Part shown: piece by piece, positions 48,411 through 57,265 of the stretch
How the letters are laid out: every line of letters starts with the position of its first letter
How positions within the stretch are numbered: the first letter of the stretch is position 1
The notes under the pieces: model-generated
Told to the model about the DNA's origin: nothing
The model's input: only the letters and a program-made list of their open reading frames with translations
Databases searched by the model: none
From: Fibrobacteria bacterium
GTDB taxonomy: Bacteria; Fibrobacterota; Fibrobacteria; UBA11236; JADFYW01
Reading direction: 5' to 3'
DNA: 64,000 bases
Assembly: GCA_050294405.1 (NCBI GenBank)
Contig: JBNKOC010000023.1
Coordinates: 1-64,000, forward strand
Made by a program: the position numbers and the translations under genes

Positions 48411-49364
48411 TCATTTATCGGGTTCTAATAAGGCGTGTTCTGGCAAATCCTTTGGAAGGGGGATATCTCTGTCCTTACATTCGGCCATCATATCATCTGA
48501 AACCGAGCGAAGCAATTGCTCCAAATCATCGTGGTCAGCCTCCCGTTCCAAGCGAACCACCTCTTTTTTCTTTAAATCTCCAATTAAGGCGGCCATGCGA
48601 AAGGCCTCTCCATTGGAATAAATATGGCAGGCCATGGGCACTTTGCAACCTCCGCCCACTTCGGCCATAAACTGCCGTTCCATTAGTACACAGGCTTCGG
48701 TAATGGGGTCGTTTATACTTTTAACCAGGGCAATGGATTCTGTATCTAATCTTCTGCATTCCAGGGCCAACGCGCCTTGGCCAATGGCCGGAATCAAGCT
48801 GTCAAAAGAAAACTTTGAACTTATTTTATCCGCCATTCCCAAACGCTTCATTCCCGCAGCAGCTAAAATAATTCCCGCTAGCTCTCCGGACTCTACTTTG
48901 TTAATACGGGTATCCAGGTTTCCCCTAATGGCTATGTATTCCAAATCATCCCGCAATTGCTGAAGCTGCACTATTCTGCGTGGGGAACCCGTTCCCACTT
49001 TGGAGCCTTTTGGCAAGTCCATAAATTTTTTACCGTTGCCAATCCATACATCCCGCGAATCTTCCCGTTCGGGAAAGCATACCAGCGCCAAATCCTCGGG
49101 TTGGTTTTCCGGCACATCTTTTAGTGAATGGACGGCCACATCAATTTCCTTATCCATAAGAGCTATTTGCAGTTCCTTTACAAATACTCCAAGGCCGGCG
49201 AATTTATCCAAACGGGTTTTTTGATCCAAATCGCCAGTGGTTTTCACAATTTTGTGCTCCACTTCCAAATTGGGATTTAGTTCTTTAATTCTGTCTATGG
49301 CCCATAAAGTCTGAGTTACAGCCAACTGGCTTCCTCTGCTGCCCACTATTAATTTGTTTTTCAT
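48411..49364 (-). CDS. hemC: Hydroxymethylbilane synthase
   Basis: GSRGSQLA, AVHSLKD, GTGSPRR, RGNLDTR, GQGAL, GGCKVP. Confidence 0.97.
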   Translation of the reverse strand: MKNKLIVGSRGSQLAVTQTLWAIDRIKELNPNLEVEHKIVKTTGDLDQKTRLDKFAGLGVFVKELQIALMDKEIDVAVHSLKDVPENQPEDLALVCFPEREDSRDVWIGNGKKFMDLPKGSKVGTGSPRRIVQLQQLRDDLEYIAIRGNLDTRINKVESGELAGIILAAAGMKRLGMADKISSKFSFDSLIPAIGQGALALECRRLDTESIALVKSINDPITEACVLMERQFMAEVGGGCKVPMACHIYSNGEAFRMAALIGDLKKKEVVRLEREADHDDLEQLLRSVSDDMMAECKDRDIPLPKDLPEHALLEPDK

Positions 49365-49376
49365 GAATTTTTTATG

Positions 49377-50087
49377 TTAATGACTTTTTTCCACAATAAT
49401 GGCGTGTTGGCCATTTTCCAATTGTTGCTGACTTAAAACCTTTTGGCCTTCTGCCTTTAAAGACTCGGGTACATTTTTAATAGGGTCCCCATCATCTAAG
49501 ATAACTTTTAATTTTTCGCCCACAGACATTTTGGACAATTGCACTTTTGTTTTCACAAAATTAATGGGGCATTTCACCCCTGTTAAATTTAATGTGAGCG
49601 CAATGTCATCCTCAGAACTCTCTTTATTGCCCTCTGCTTCTGTGGATGTTTTACTTTCATTTTGAAAAGCACCCATTAAGGCATGCCAGGCCAAGGTGGC
49701 GCACTTCACACGGGCGGGATACTCTTTAACACCTTCAAAAAGAGACAGCTTTCCCAAATGATTTTCACCCTTTAATACATCGCCTTCGCCTTTTACCATT
49801 TGGTGGAATTCCTGGAAAACAGTTTCCAACTCTGGCACAGACTTGCCTTTGGCAAAACCGGTCATTATGGAAGAACTGGCCTTGCTAATAGCGCAGCCTG
49901 AACCCTGAAAACTCACATCCTCCACTACTTTTTCGGGATTCATTTTTACGTACACTGTGATGTTATCACCGCAAAGAGGGTTGTGTCCATTGCATTGGTG
50001 GGTCGCATCCTCCAGCACTTTAAAATTGCGCGGAGTTTTATTGTGGTCCAATATTATTTGCTGATATAATTCGCTGGAAAAGGCCAT
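49377..50087 (-). CDS. SufU/IscU-family protein fused to a C-terminal TusA-like sulfurtransferase domain
   Basis: NPLCGD, GCAIS, PARVKCATL (SufU type); linker; LNLTGVKCPINFVKTK...GEKLKVILDD (TusA/SirA). Confidence 0.88.
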   Translation of the reverse strand: MAFSSELYQQIILDHNKTPRNFKVLEDATHQCNGHNPLCGDNITVYVKMNPEKVVEDVSFQGSGCAISKASSSIMTGFAKGKSVPELETVFQEFHQMVKGEGDVLKGENHLGKLSLFEGVKEYPARVKCATLAWHALMGAFQNESKTSTEAEGNKESSEDDIALTLNLTGVKCPINFVKTKVQLSKMSVGEKLKVILDDGDPIKNVPESLKAEGQKVLSQQQLENGQHAIIVEKSH

Positions 50088-50096
50088 AATTTGTGT

Positions 50097-50402
50097 TTAC
50101 ATTCCCGGGATTTTTAAACCTGAGGTGAGCCCGCCCAATTTGGACTGGGATTCCCCATCAATTTGATTTTTTACATTTGTGTAAGCGGCCATAATTAAGT
50201 CTTCCAGAGCCTCAATATCATCTGGATCTACAACCTCAGGAGCCAATTGAATACTCTGCATTTCGCTTTTTCCGTTCATGGTGATTTTTACCATGCCGCC
50301 GCCTGCTTCCGCTTCAAAAATTTTTTCTTCTAGCTCGGCCTGCACCCTTGCCATTTGGCTTTGCAGTTTCTGCATGTCTTTCATCATTTTTTGCATGTTC
50401 AT
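50097..50402 (-). CDS. ybaB: YbaB/EbfC nucleoid-associated protein
   Basis: AGGGMVKITMNG, VVDPDDIEALEDLIMAA. Confidence 0.95.
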   Translation of the reverse strand: MNMQKMMKDMQKLQSQMARVQAELEEKIFEAEAGGGMVKITMNGKSEMQSIQLAPEVVDPDDIEALEDLIMAAYTNVKNQIDGESQSKLGGLTSGLKIPGM

Positions 50403-50425
50403 AATAAGCTCCTATGCCACTTCAA

Positions 50426-52231
50426 TTAATCTATAAACTCAGCTTCAAATTTATCAAATATGTATTTGATAATGGGTTCTTTTTCCATTATTTCTTTATG
50501 GTATTCTTCCCGGTTCTTAAATGAATTCAAATCAAGCCCCTGGCCCTGTTTTTTATCTTCCTCTTCAGAAAATTCGGCCTTTATTTCCAGGTTAAACTCC
50601 GGCGGGTGCTCAAATTTTGAGTCCAGAAAGAGTTTCAAATCTTTAAGACAGCCCCTGTCCGACTGGATAATCCGCATAAAAGAGGGGTTTGTGATGACCA
50701 ATTCCACCCGCTTTGCCTGGGCTTTATCCCACTCTGCCCTAGAATCCGTAAATCGGTTGCCAAAAAGAGGCTGTACCTGAATGAGCTCTCCCACCAGTTC
50801 GTTCCATCTCTCACACATTTCCCTTAAGTTGGAAAGGGAGCTCACAAAGGAAATAGAAGGATCCGGTTCTTCTTCCTCTTCATAATCTTCCTCTTCAGGT
50901 CTTGGTGCGTCTTTTACCGCCGTTGGACTGTAATAATCTTCTGGACTGCTTTGCGTTAACTCTCCGTATTTGGGAGGAGGTGGAGATAAGGGAGCGGGAA
51001 CTTCTTCGAAATCCTGGGGAATAGCTTCGGACTTTGGCTCTGGGGCCAATTCTTCTATGAGCTTGGAGTCAGATCCTTTTTTTTTTTCTTCGGGGCTTTC
51101 CCCGGTTAAGTTGCTTTTTAGCAGCTGAGAAATCTGGACTAGTCCATCCAGACTGGCCATTTTAGCCACCCCCATTTCCAAAGCTAATTGCGGGTTAAAT
51201 GAGGATTTTAACTGTCCGCTTAGCTGGGATAAAATATGGCCCATTCTCAAAATATCGCCATCGGATAATTTTTGTCCCAGTTGGGTATAACGGGCAAACT
51301 TATCGCCATCAATGCCCAAAGTCTCTGCTTCAATTCCTTTTTGCTTGGCGTATAAAAGGTTTCGCAAAAAATGCCCAAAGCCGTGGACCACTTCGGGAAT
51401 TTCAATTCCCAGGTTATAAAACTCTTCCAAGCTTAAAAAGCAAGCAGCGGTATTTTTGTCCAGAATGTTTTGAAACAGCTGTTCAAACAATTCAAAGGGA
51501 GGAATGCCTAATACTCGCCGTACATCTTCTGCCGGCATTTTTTGTCCGGAAAAAGAATACACCTGGTCCAGAAAGCTTAGGGCATCTCGCATACTACCCT
51601 GGGCTCGTTGGGCCACAAGATTTAGAGCCTCTGCTTCCGCCTCGATTTTTTCTTCTTTACAAATAAAGCTCAAACGATCGGCAATATCCTTTTGAGAAAT
51701 CCGCTTAAAATCATAGCGCTGGACTCTGGATAAAATGGTTTGCGGGACTTTGCGAATTTCTGTGGTGGCAAAAATAAAAACCACATGGGAAGGGGGCTCT
51801 TCCAAAGTTTTGAGCAAGGCGTTAAAAGCCTCTTTGGTGAGCATATGTACTTCATCAATAATAAAGATTTTGTGCGCGCCGTGCATGGGAGCATACTTTA
51901 CCTGCTCCCGCAGTTCACGGATGTCTTCCACCCCTCGGTTGGAAGCGCCATCAATTTCCAATACATCAATGCTGCGTCCCGCTGAAATTTCTTCGCAATT
52001 TTTACATTGGCAACAGGGTTCCCCTTCCTGGGAATCCAGACAATTTAAGGCTTTAGCTAAAATACGAGCCGAAGTGGTTTTGCCCACCCCTCGAGTACCT
52101 GTAAACAAAAAGGCATGGGAAACTTTGCCATTATTAATTGCATTAACCAGAGTTTTTTCTACGTGTTCCTGGCCCACTAAGTCTTTAAACTTCTGAGGCC
52201 TCCACTTTCTGGCTAAAACCACATAAGCCAT
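50426..52231 (-). CDS. dnaX: DNA polymerase III subunit gamma/tau
   Basis: LARKWRPQ, GTRGVGKTT, Zn module PCCQCKNC, EIDGASN, IIDEVHML, SRVQ, GSMRDA. Confidence 0.97.
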   Translation of the reverse strand: MAYVVLARKWRPQKFKDLVGQEHVEKTLVNAINNGKVSHAFLFTGTRGVGKTTSARILAKALNCLDSQEGEPCCQCKNCEEISAGRSIDVLEIDGASNRGVEDIRELREQVKYAPMHGAHKIFIIDEVHMLTKEAFNALLKTLEEPPSHVVFIFATTEIRKVPQTILSRVQRYDFKRISQKDIADRLSFICKEEKIEAEAEALNLVAQRAQGSMRDALSFLDQVYSFSGQKMPAEDVRRVLGIPPFELFEQLFQNILDKNTAACFLSLEEFYNLGIEIPEVVHGFGHFLRNLLYAKQKGIEAETLGIDGDKFARYTQLGQKLSDGDILRMGHILSQLSGQLKSSFNPQLALEMGVAKMASLDGLVQISQLLKSNLTGESPEEKKKGSDSKLIEELAPEPKSEAIPQDFEEVPAPLSPPPPKYGELTQSSPEDYYSPTAVKDAPRPEEEDYEEEEEPDPSISFVSSLSNLREMCERWNELVGELIQVQPLFGNRFTDSRAEWDKAQAKRVELVITNPSFMRIIQSDRGCLKDLKLFLDSKFEHPPEFNLEIKAEFSEEEDKKQGQGLDLNSFKNREEYHKEIMEKEPIIKYIFDKFEAEFID

Positions 52232-53136
52232 TAACGCCCTCTCGCCGTTTTCTTTTTAGGTTTATGGGTTTGATACACCAAAGTCACTTCGTTGCCTTTT
52301 TCATTAAAGCTTAGTTCATCAAAGGCGTGCATGGCTATCATCAATCCCCGGCCATTGCGTTTAAGTAAATTAATATCGTCTTTGGGATTGGGAAGATTGC
52401 GCCAGTTAAAACCCTGGCCCATGTCCTTCACCACATACACCACTTTTTTCTCGGTGGGAAAAACACTGGCATTAATTTCAACCACCCTGTCACGGTACTC
52501 CTTTGAATTGGCCCTCTCCCAGGCTAATTCAAAAAATACGGATTCTTTAAGGGCCTCACTTTTTTCTTCAAAGCTAATGGCCAAATTACCGTGCTCTATG
52601 GCATTGTTTACAATTTCATTTAACCCTAAAATCACCTGGTACTTGTTGTTTTCCTCAGTGGGTAAAGTAGTGTATACCAAGTCCTTGACCACTTGTACCA
52701 CTAACCCAAAATCGTTGGGTAAAATTATTTTGCGTTCTTCTGAAACCAGGGAAAAAGGGTTGTAGGATTCTGCTCTTTCTCCAAAAATTTTACTTAGTTG
52801 AAAGGCTATTTCTTTTTGGCTGGCAGGATGTTCGAGACAAGCTCTGGCTCCGCATTGCAGATAACTCACTGCCTGTTTTCGATTTAAGCTTTCTGCAATT
52901 ATAATAACCGGAACCGAAGAATAATGAGCCTTTAAGGTGCGCAAAAATATTTCGCCTTGGGATTCAACCAGAGAAATATCGAGAACAAAGGCAAAAACCT
53001 CGTGTTCCTTGATATTGGACATGGCTTCGTCCAAGGTAGCAGATAAAAGCAATTCCAAATCCAGTTGTTTTGCCTTGCTGCGGATAATAGCAATATCCTC
53101 AGACCAGTTTTTATTAAGCAAAACAACCAGTTTCAT
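52231..53136 (-). CDS. Degenerate receiver domain plus RsbW-like HATPase (Ser kinase/anti-sigma) domain
   Basis: NEIVNNAIEHGN, DMGQGF, NGRGL, FNEKGNEV; no H-box. Stop overlaps the dnaX start (TAATG). Confidence 0.8.
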   Translation of the reverse strand: MKLVVLLNKNWSEDIAIIRSKAKQLDLELLLSATLDEAMSNIKEHEVFAFVLDISLVESQGEIFLRTLKAHYSSVPVIIIAESLNRKQAVSYLQCGARACLEHPASQKEIAFQLSKIFGERAESYNPFSLVSEERKIILPNDFGLVVQVVKDLVYTTLPTEENNKYQVILGLNEIVNNAIEHGNLAISFEEKSEALKESVFFELAWERANSKEYRDRVVEINASVFPTEKKVVYVVKDMGQGFNWRNLPNPKDDINLLKRNGRGLMIAMHAFDELSFNEKGNEVTLVYQTHKPKKKTARGR

Positions 53137-53534
53137 ATTTTTTAAAGTTCCTTAATCCAAAAGGGATTTATTCACATCCAATAAAACCGAAAGGTCCTGC
53201 AAAAAACCAGGGCGCATTTTCGGGCACAGCGAAAGGTAAAAAAATTATTCCCCAGTACCAGATCCATTTGGCGATGTCCCTTAAAATGACTTTAAAAAAG
53301 CTCATTTTAAAAAAGTATTTTACTTTTTTGAGCCTCAGGCCAGTGCAACCCTTCCACGCCTGGTAGAAGCAAATTCGGTTCGATGTTTATCCTTTCTTGC
53401 GTTGAAAAGGACAAAAAACCTATTTTTTTATCTTTGATTTTAGGGGCAGATTTTTAACTTCCAATCGAAATTAAAATTATTTCTAAAAGAAATATTTTTG
53501 CATGTTAATCAAAGTTTAAAAGGGTAATTCGAAC

Positions 53535-54005
53535 ATGTCTCTTGCAAAAATCAGCCAAACCACATCGGTGCAGTGCAAGCCAGAAGATTTGCGCAAATTC
53601 ATGTCTCAGCAAATTCCTATTATTAGTGCAGATGCGGCCAAGCCCTCTTTGGTTTTTTTCTCACCGGATTTTCACAACCATTCCGATGGCATTGTCCATT
53701 GGTCCTTGTTTGCTGGTTTGTATAAATTGAATTGGAAGTCTTACATCAGCAAATTCGAACCCATGAAATTAATGGTAAGTGAATGTAAGCAAAGCCCGTT
53801 TATCAGTTGGAAACATACTCAAATTACTGAAATAAAAGGTTTAAAAATTTATTTGCAGGATGAAGTGGAGTTTGAGGCAGAAGACAAAAATCTGGGAGAG
53901 CTTTTAAGCAAAGCTATTTTCCGTTACCAGTTCGAGGCCCTTTTAGACGACCAGTATAAAAAGGCCACCCAAAAAATCCAGACTATCCAGCAGAAGCTGG
54001 CTTAA
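53535..54005 (+). CDS. Hypothetical protein, SRPBCC/START-like
   Basis: WKSYIS...SPFISWKHTQ...LQDEVEF resembles SRPBCC-family proteins. Confidence 0.55.
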   Translation: MSLAKISQTTSVQCKPEDLRKFMSQQIPIISADAAKPSLVFFSPDFHNHSDGIVHWSLFAGLYKLNWKSYISKFEPMKLMVSECKQSPFISWKHTQITEIKGLKIYLQDEVEFEAEDKNLGELLSKAIFRYQFEALLDDQYKKATQKIQTIQQKLA

Positions 54006-54874
54006 TTTTCCATTGAATCGAGCAGTTGAAACAACTGCTTTTGAGTAAATTCGTAGCGTTTGCGACAGAAATCGCAGAAAATTTCCAGTGTTTCTCCACC
54101 CAAGATTAAATTATTGAGTTCTGTTCTTCCCAGAGATTTTAAAGAATTTTTTAATCGATGTTCGTTACAGGGACAATAGGCCTTTACTTCGAACTCCCGA
54201 TGGATTTGAATTTCAAAAGGCCGGGTTAAGTGGGCCATTAATCCCGTCATGTCAAAACCCTGGTTTTCAGACCAATATTCATCTAAATCGGGAAGTGTTT
54301 TAATATTCTCTTCTAATGCCGAAAGGGTAGGATCATCTATTTTGGGAAAAGACTCCACCAAAAATCCCACACAGTATTTTAGCCTTCCATCTTCATCGGC
54401 CTTCGCCTGGATGCCCACCGCACTTTTAATTTGTTCGGAGTCCAACTGATAGGCAGCCATGTTTTGCGCAGGTCTTTGGGAAACCATGGATGTTATACTT
54501 TCCTGCAATTTTTTTCCGTTTTCATTAAACTTTCGTACAATCATATTTTTGGGAGATTGGCTAATATCAAAACTACCACTGGATTGCGCCTCGTTTTGAG
54601 GGAGCATAGCTCTCACCAAACCCAATGGTGTGGCATCTGCTTGCACATAACTAACATCCCCATCGTAATTGTACTGCACGTGGACCACGCCACCGGATTT
54701 TAAATTGCTTGCCATTAATATAGAGGATACAGCCGTTTCTGCTAATAGTTCCAAGGCGCTGCCTTTAGCGCCGTGGGCTTTTCCAATTTCACTTAGAGTG
54801 CGGGTGGCGTCAACGAGTACAAAGCGGAATTCGGCAATTTTCCCCGTTCCCCGAATAATATTATCTTTCTGCAT
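54002..54874 (-). CDS. hslO: Hsp33 redox-regulated chaperone
   Basis: LDSEQIKSA; CPC and CDFC Zn motifs. Start ATG 54874. Confidence 0.9.
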   Translation of the reverse strand: MQKDNIIRGTGKIAEFRFVLVDATRTLSEIGKAHGAKGSALELLAETAVSSILMASNLKSGGVVHVQYNYDGDVSYVQADATPLGLVRAMLPQNEAQSSGSFDISQSPKNMIVRKFNENGKKLQESITSMVSQRPAQNMAAYQLDSEQIKSAVGIQAKADEDGRLKYCVGFLVESFPKIDDPTLSALEENIKTLPDLDEYWSENQGFDMTGLMAHLTRPFEIQIHREFEVKAYCPCNEHRLKNSLKSLGRTELNNLILGGETLEIFCDFCRKRYEFTQKQLFQLLDSMEN

Positions 54875-54921
54875 GGGCAAAAGATAAATAAAATGCCTTA
54901 AAACATTAAAAGGAGGCAAGC

Positions 54922-55482
54922 ATGACCCAAAAACTTTTGATGTTAGCCTGCGATGGGGTAGAAGAGATGGAGGCCATTGTGCTTCTGGACTTATTGCGGC
55001 GAGCCCAAATTTCCGTAGATTTTCTCACCCCGGGAGCCAGCTTGGAACTTTCGGGAAGAAATAAGATTGGCCTTTTAGCAGATGGCTATTTTCCCAAAGA
55101 CGTCTCGGAAAATTATCAGGGTTTAATTATTCCCGGCGGAATGGGAAATGTAAACAGCCTCAAAAGTCACCAAGAGGTTTTAAACTGGATTGTGGATTTT
55201 GACCAGCAAAAAAAATGGGTCATATCCCTTTGCGCGGGGCCACTGGTTTTAAAGGAAGCCGGTATTATAAGCCAATCCAAAATCACTTCCTTTCCGGGAG
55301 TAAAGGGTGATTTAGAGGGTTGTGTTGCCCAATATCTGGAGAAAAAAGTGGTTGCGGATGGGCATATTTTAACTTCTCGCGGGGCCGGCACAGCCCGGGA
55401 GTTCGCCTTTTTTATTGTGGAAACACTACTAGGGAAGACTGCTTTGGAAAAGCTTCAAAGCGAAATTGTGTACAGCTTCTGA
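54922..55482 (+). CDS. DJ-1/YajL family protein
   Basis: GVEEMEA, DLLRRA, IPGG, SLCAGP, TSRGAGTA; AGGAGG RBS. Confidence 0.92.
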   Translation: MTQKLLMLACDGVEEMEAIVLLDLLRRAQISVDFLTPGASLELSGRNKIGLLADGYFPKDVSENYQGLIIPGGMGNVNSLKSHQEVLNWIVDFDQQKKWVISLCAGPLVLKEAGIISQSKITSFPGVKGDLEGCVAQYLEKKVVADGHILTSRGAGTAREFAFFIVETLLGKTALEKLQSEIVYSF

Positions 55483-55584
55483 TTTTGACAATTTTCCCAA
55501 AAATAGGCCAGGTGGAAAATTTTCACATTCCATTTATTTTTCTATCCTTATGCAGCGAAACAGGTTTTCACTACGAGGTTTACA

Positions 55585-56907
55585 ATGGGAATAGCCACCG
55601 AAGAAAAGGCCCTTTTAGACAGTCAGGCCATTCAGCTTAACGACACAATTGCAAAAGAAAATCCTGCAGTGTTGGATATGTTATCCGACCGGGGCAAGGC
55701 CATATTTTTTCCCAAACTGGGAATTTTATCTCAGTCTGCCGAGGCCAAAGGGAAAGAAATTAATGCCACCATAGGTATAGCCAAAGAAGACGACGGCTCT
55801 CCTATGCATCTAAAAGTTTTATCGGAACAATTGAATTTAAAGCCAGCTCAAGCCTTTCCCTATGCGCCAAGTCCCGGAACTCCAGAAATCCGCAGTCTTT
55901 GGAAAAGCAAAATTGCGGAAAAAAATCCCAGCCTTAATGGAGCCATCTACAGTAACCCTGTGGTCACCAACGCTTTAACACATAGTTTGGGAATCGCCGG
56001 ATTTTTATTCGCCGGAGCCGAGGATAAAATCATTCTGCCCAATTATTACTGGGAAAATTACGACTTAACCTTTAACATTGCCTACGGCAGCAGCCTGGAA
56101 ACTTTTGAGACCTTTAATAGCCAGGGCGGCTTTAACATTGCCGGATTGGAAGAAGCCCTAAGCGCAGGACCTGTGGGCAAGCGGATAGTGGTTTTAAACT
56201 TCCCCAACAATCCCACCGGATACACTCCTACTAATACAGAAATGGAAGGTATTGCCGAGGCTTTAATAGCCAGCGCCCAAAAAGGCAATAAAGTGGTAGT
56301 CATTATTGACGATGCCTATTTTGGTTTAGTGTTCGAAGAGGGTGTTTATACCGAATCTATTTTTTCAAAATTGGCAGGCGCCCATGAAAATCTTTTAGCT
56401 GTTAAAGTAGATGGCCCCACCAAAGAAGATTATGTATGGGGCTTTAGGGTTGGCTTTTTAACCTTTGGCATCAAAAACGCGAGCCCTGCTTTATATCAAG
56501 CTTTAGAAGCCAAGGCTGGAGGAGCTATCAGAGGAACCATTTCCAACGCCAGCATTATATCCCAATCTGTGCTTACTCAAGGTTGGGCTAGTGAAGCCTA
56601 TGGAGCTCAAAAAGAAGAAAAATTTGAAACTCTTAAAAACAGATACACAAAAATTAAATCCATACTAACATCACACCCCGAATACGCAGAAGAGTTCAGG
56701 CCCCTTCCTTTTAATTCCGGGTATTTTATGTGTATACAACTCAACAAAGGCAACGCGGAAGAAGTCCGTCAAATCCTTTTAAAGGATTTTAATACAGGCG
56801 TAATTGCTTTTGGTGATTTGATCCGCCTGGCCTTTTCTTCCACTCCCACACAGCAATTGGAACAGTTATTTCAAAATGTATATGAAGCTTCCAAAGCTTC
56901 TCATTAA
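55585..56907 (+). CDS. Class I/II PLP-dependent aminotransferase
   Basis: NATIG, NFPNNPTGY, DDAYFG, DGPTKEDYVWGFRVG. Confidence 0.9.
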   Translation: MGIATEEKALLDSQAIQLNDTIAKENPAVLDMLSDRGKAIFFPKLGILSQSAEAKGKEINATIGIAKEDDGSPMHLKVLSEQLNLKPAQAFPYAPSPGTPEIRSLWKSKIAEKNPSLNGAIYSNPVVTNALTHSLGIAGFLFAGAEDKIILPNYYWENYDLTFNIAYGSSLETFETFNSQGGFNIAGLEEALSAGPVGKRIVVLNFPNNPTGYTPTNTEMEGIAEALIASAQKGNKVVVIIDDAYFGLVFEEGVYTESIFSKLAGAHENLLAVKVDGPTKEDYVWGFRVGFLTFGIKNASPALYQALEAKAGGAIRGTISNASIISQSVLTQGWASEAYGAQKEEKFETLKNRYTKIKSILTSHPEYAEEFRPLPFNSGYFMCIQLNKGNAEEVRQILLKDFNTGVIAFGDLIRLAFSSTPTQQLEQLFQNVYEASKASH

Positions 56908-56924
56908 TATTACCGGTTATCGTA

Positions 56925-56962
56925 AAAACGGGTTTGGAAATATCCAAACCCGTTTTCTTTTT
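56925..56962 (+). terminator. Rho-independent terminator
   Basis: AAAACGGGTTTGGA-AATA-TCCAAACCCGTTTT followed by CTTTTT. Confidence 0.88.
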
Positions 56963-57265
56963 ATCCTGCTTTGGGAAACTTGAGCCAATTATGCCAAAAA
57001 ACCTTAAAAAAATAGCGGAAAAGCACATTTGCATTTAAACCAAACTATTTCTAAAGTTTAACTTGTCGTGTTCTTACTCGTGTTCGGTAATAATAATTGG
57101 CAAGTTAAATAAATAATCACATTGGGTTTTTAAATTTGAAGCAATAAAGCTCAAATCGGACACACTAACCCAGAGCCAATTCCTCTGAAAAGATAACCTT
57201 CGGGTAAAAAGCTCAATAAAAATTAAGGAAAATCAAAACCACTCAGTTTGTGGTTTAAAATAATT

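Noticed and set aside
53137..53534. Possible SRP RNA or riboswitch upstream of the dnaX run
   Set aside because: No SRP domain IV signature (CAGG...GGAAG...AGCAG) or recognisable riboswitch core on either strand.
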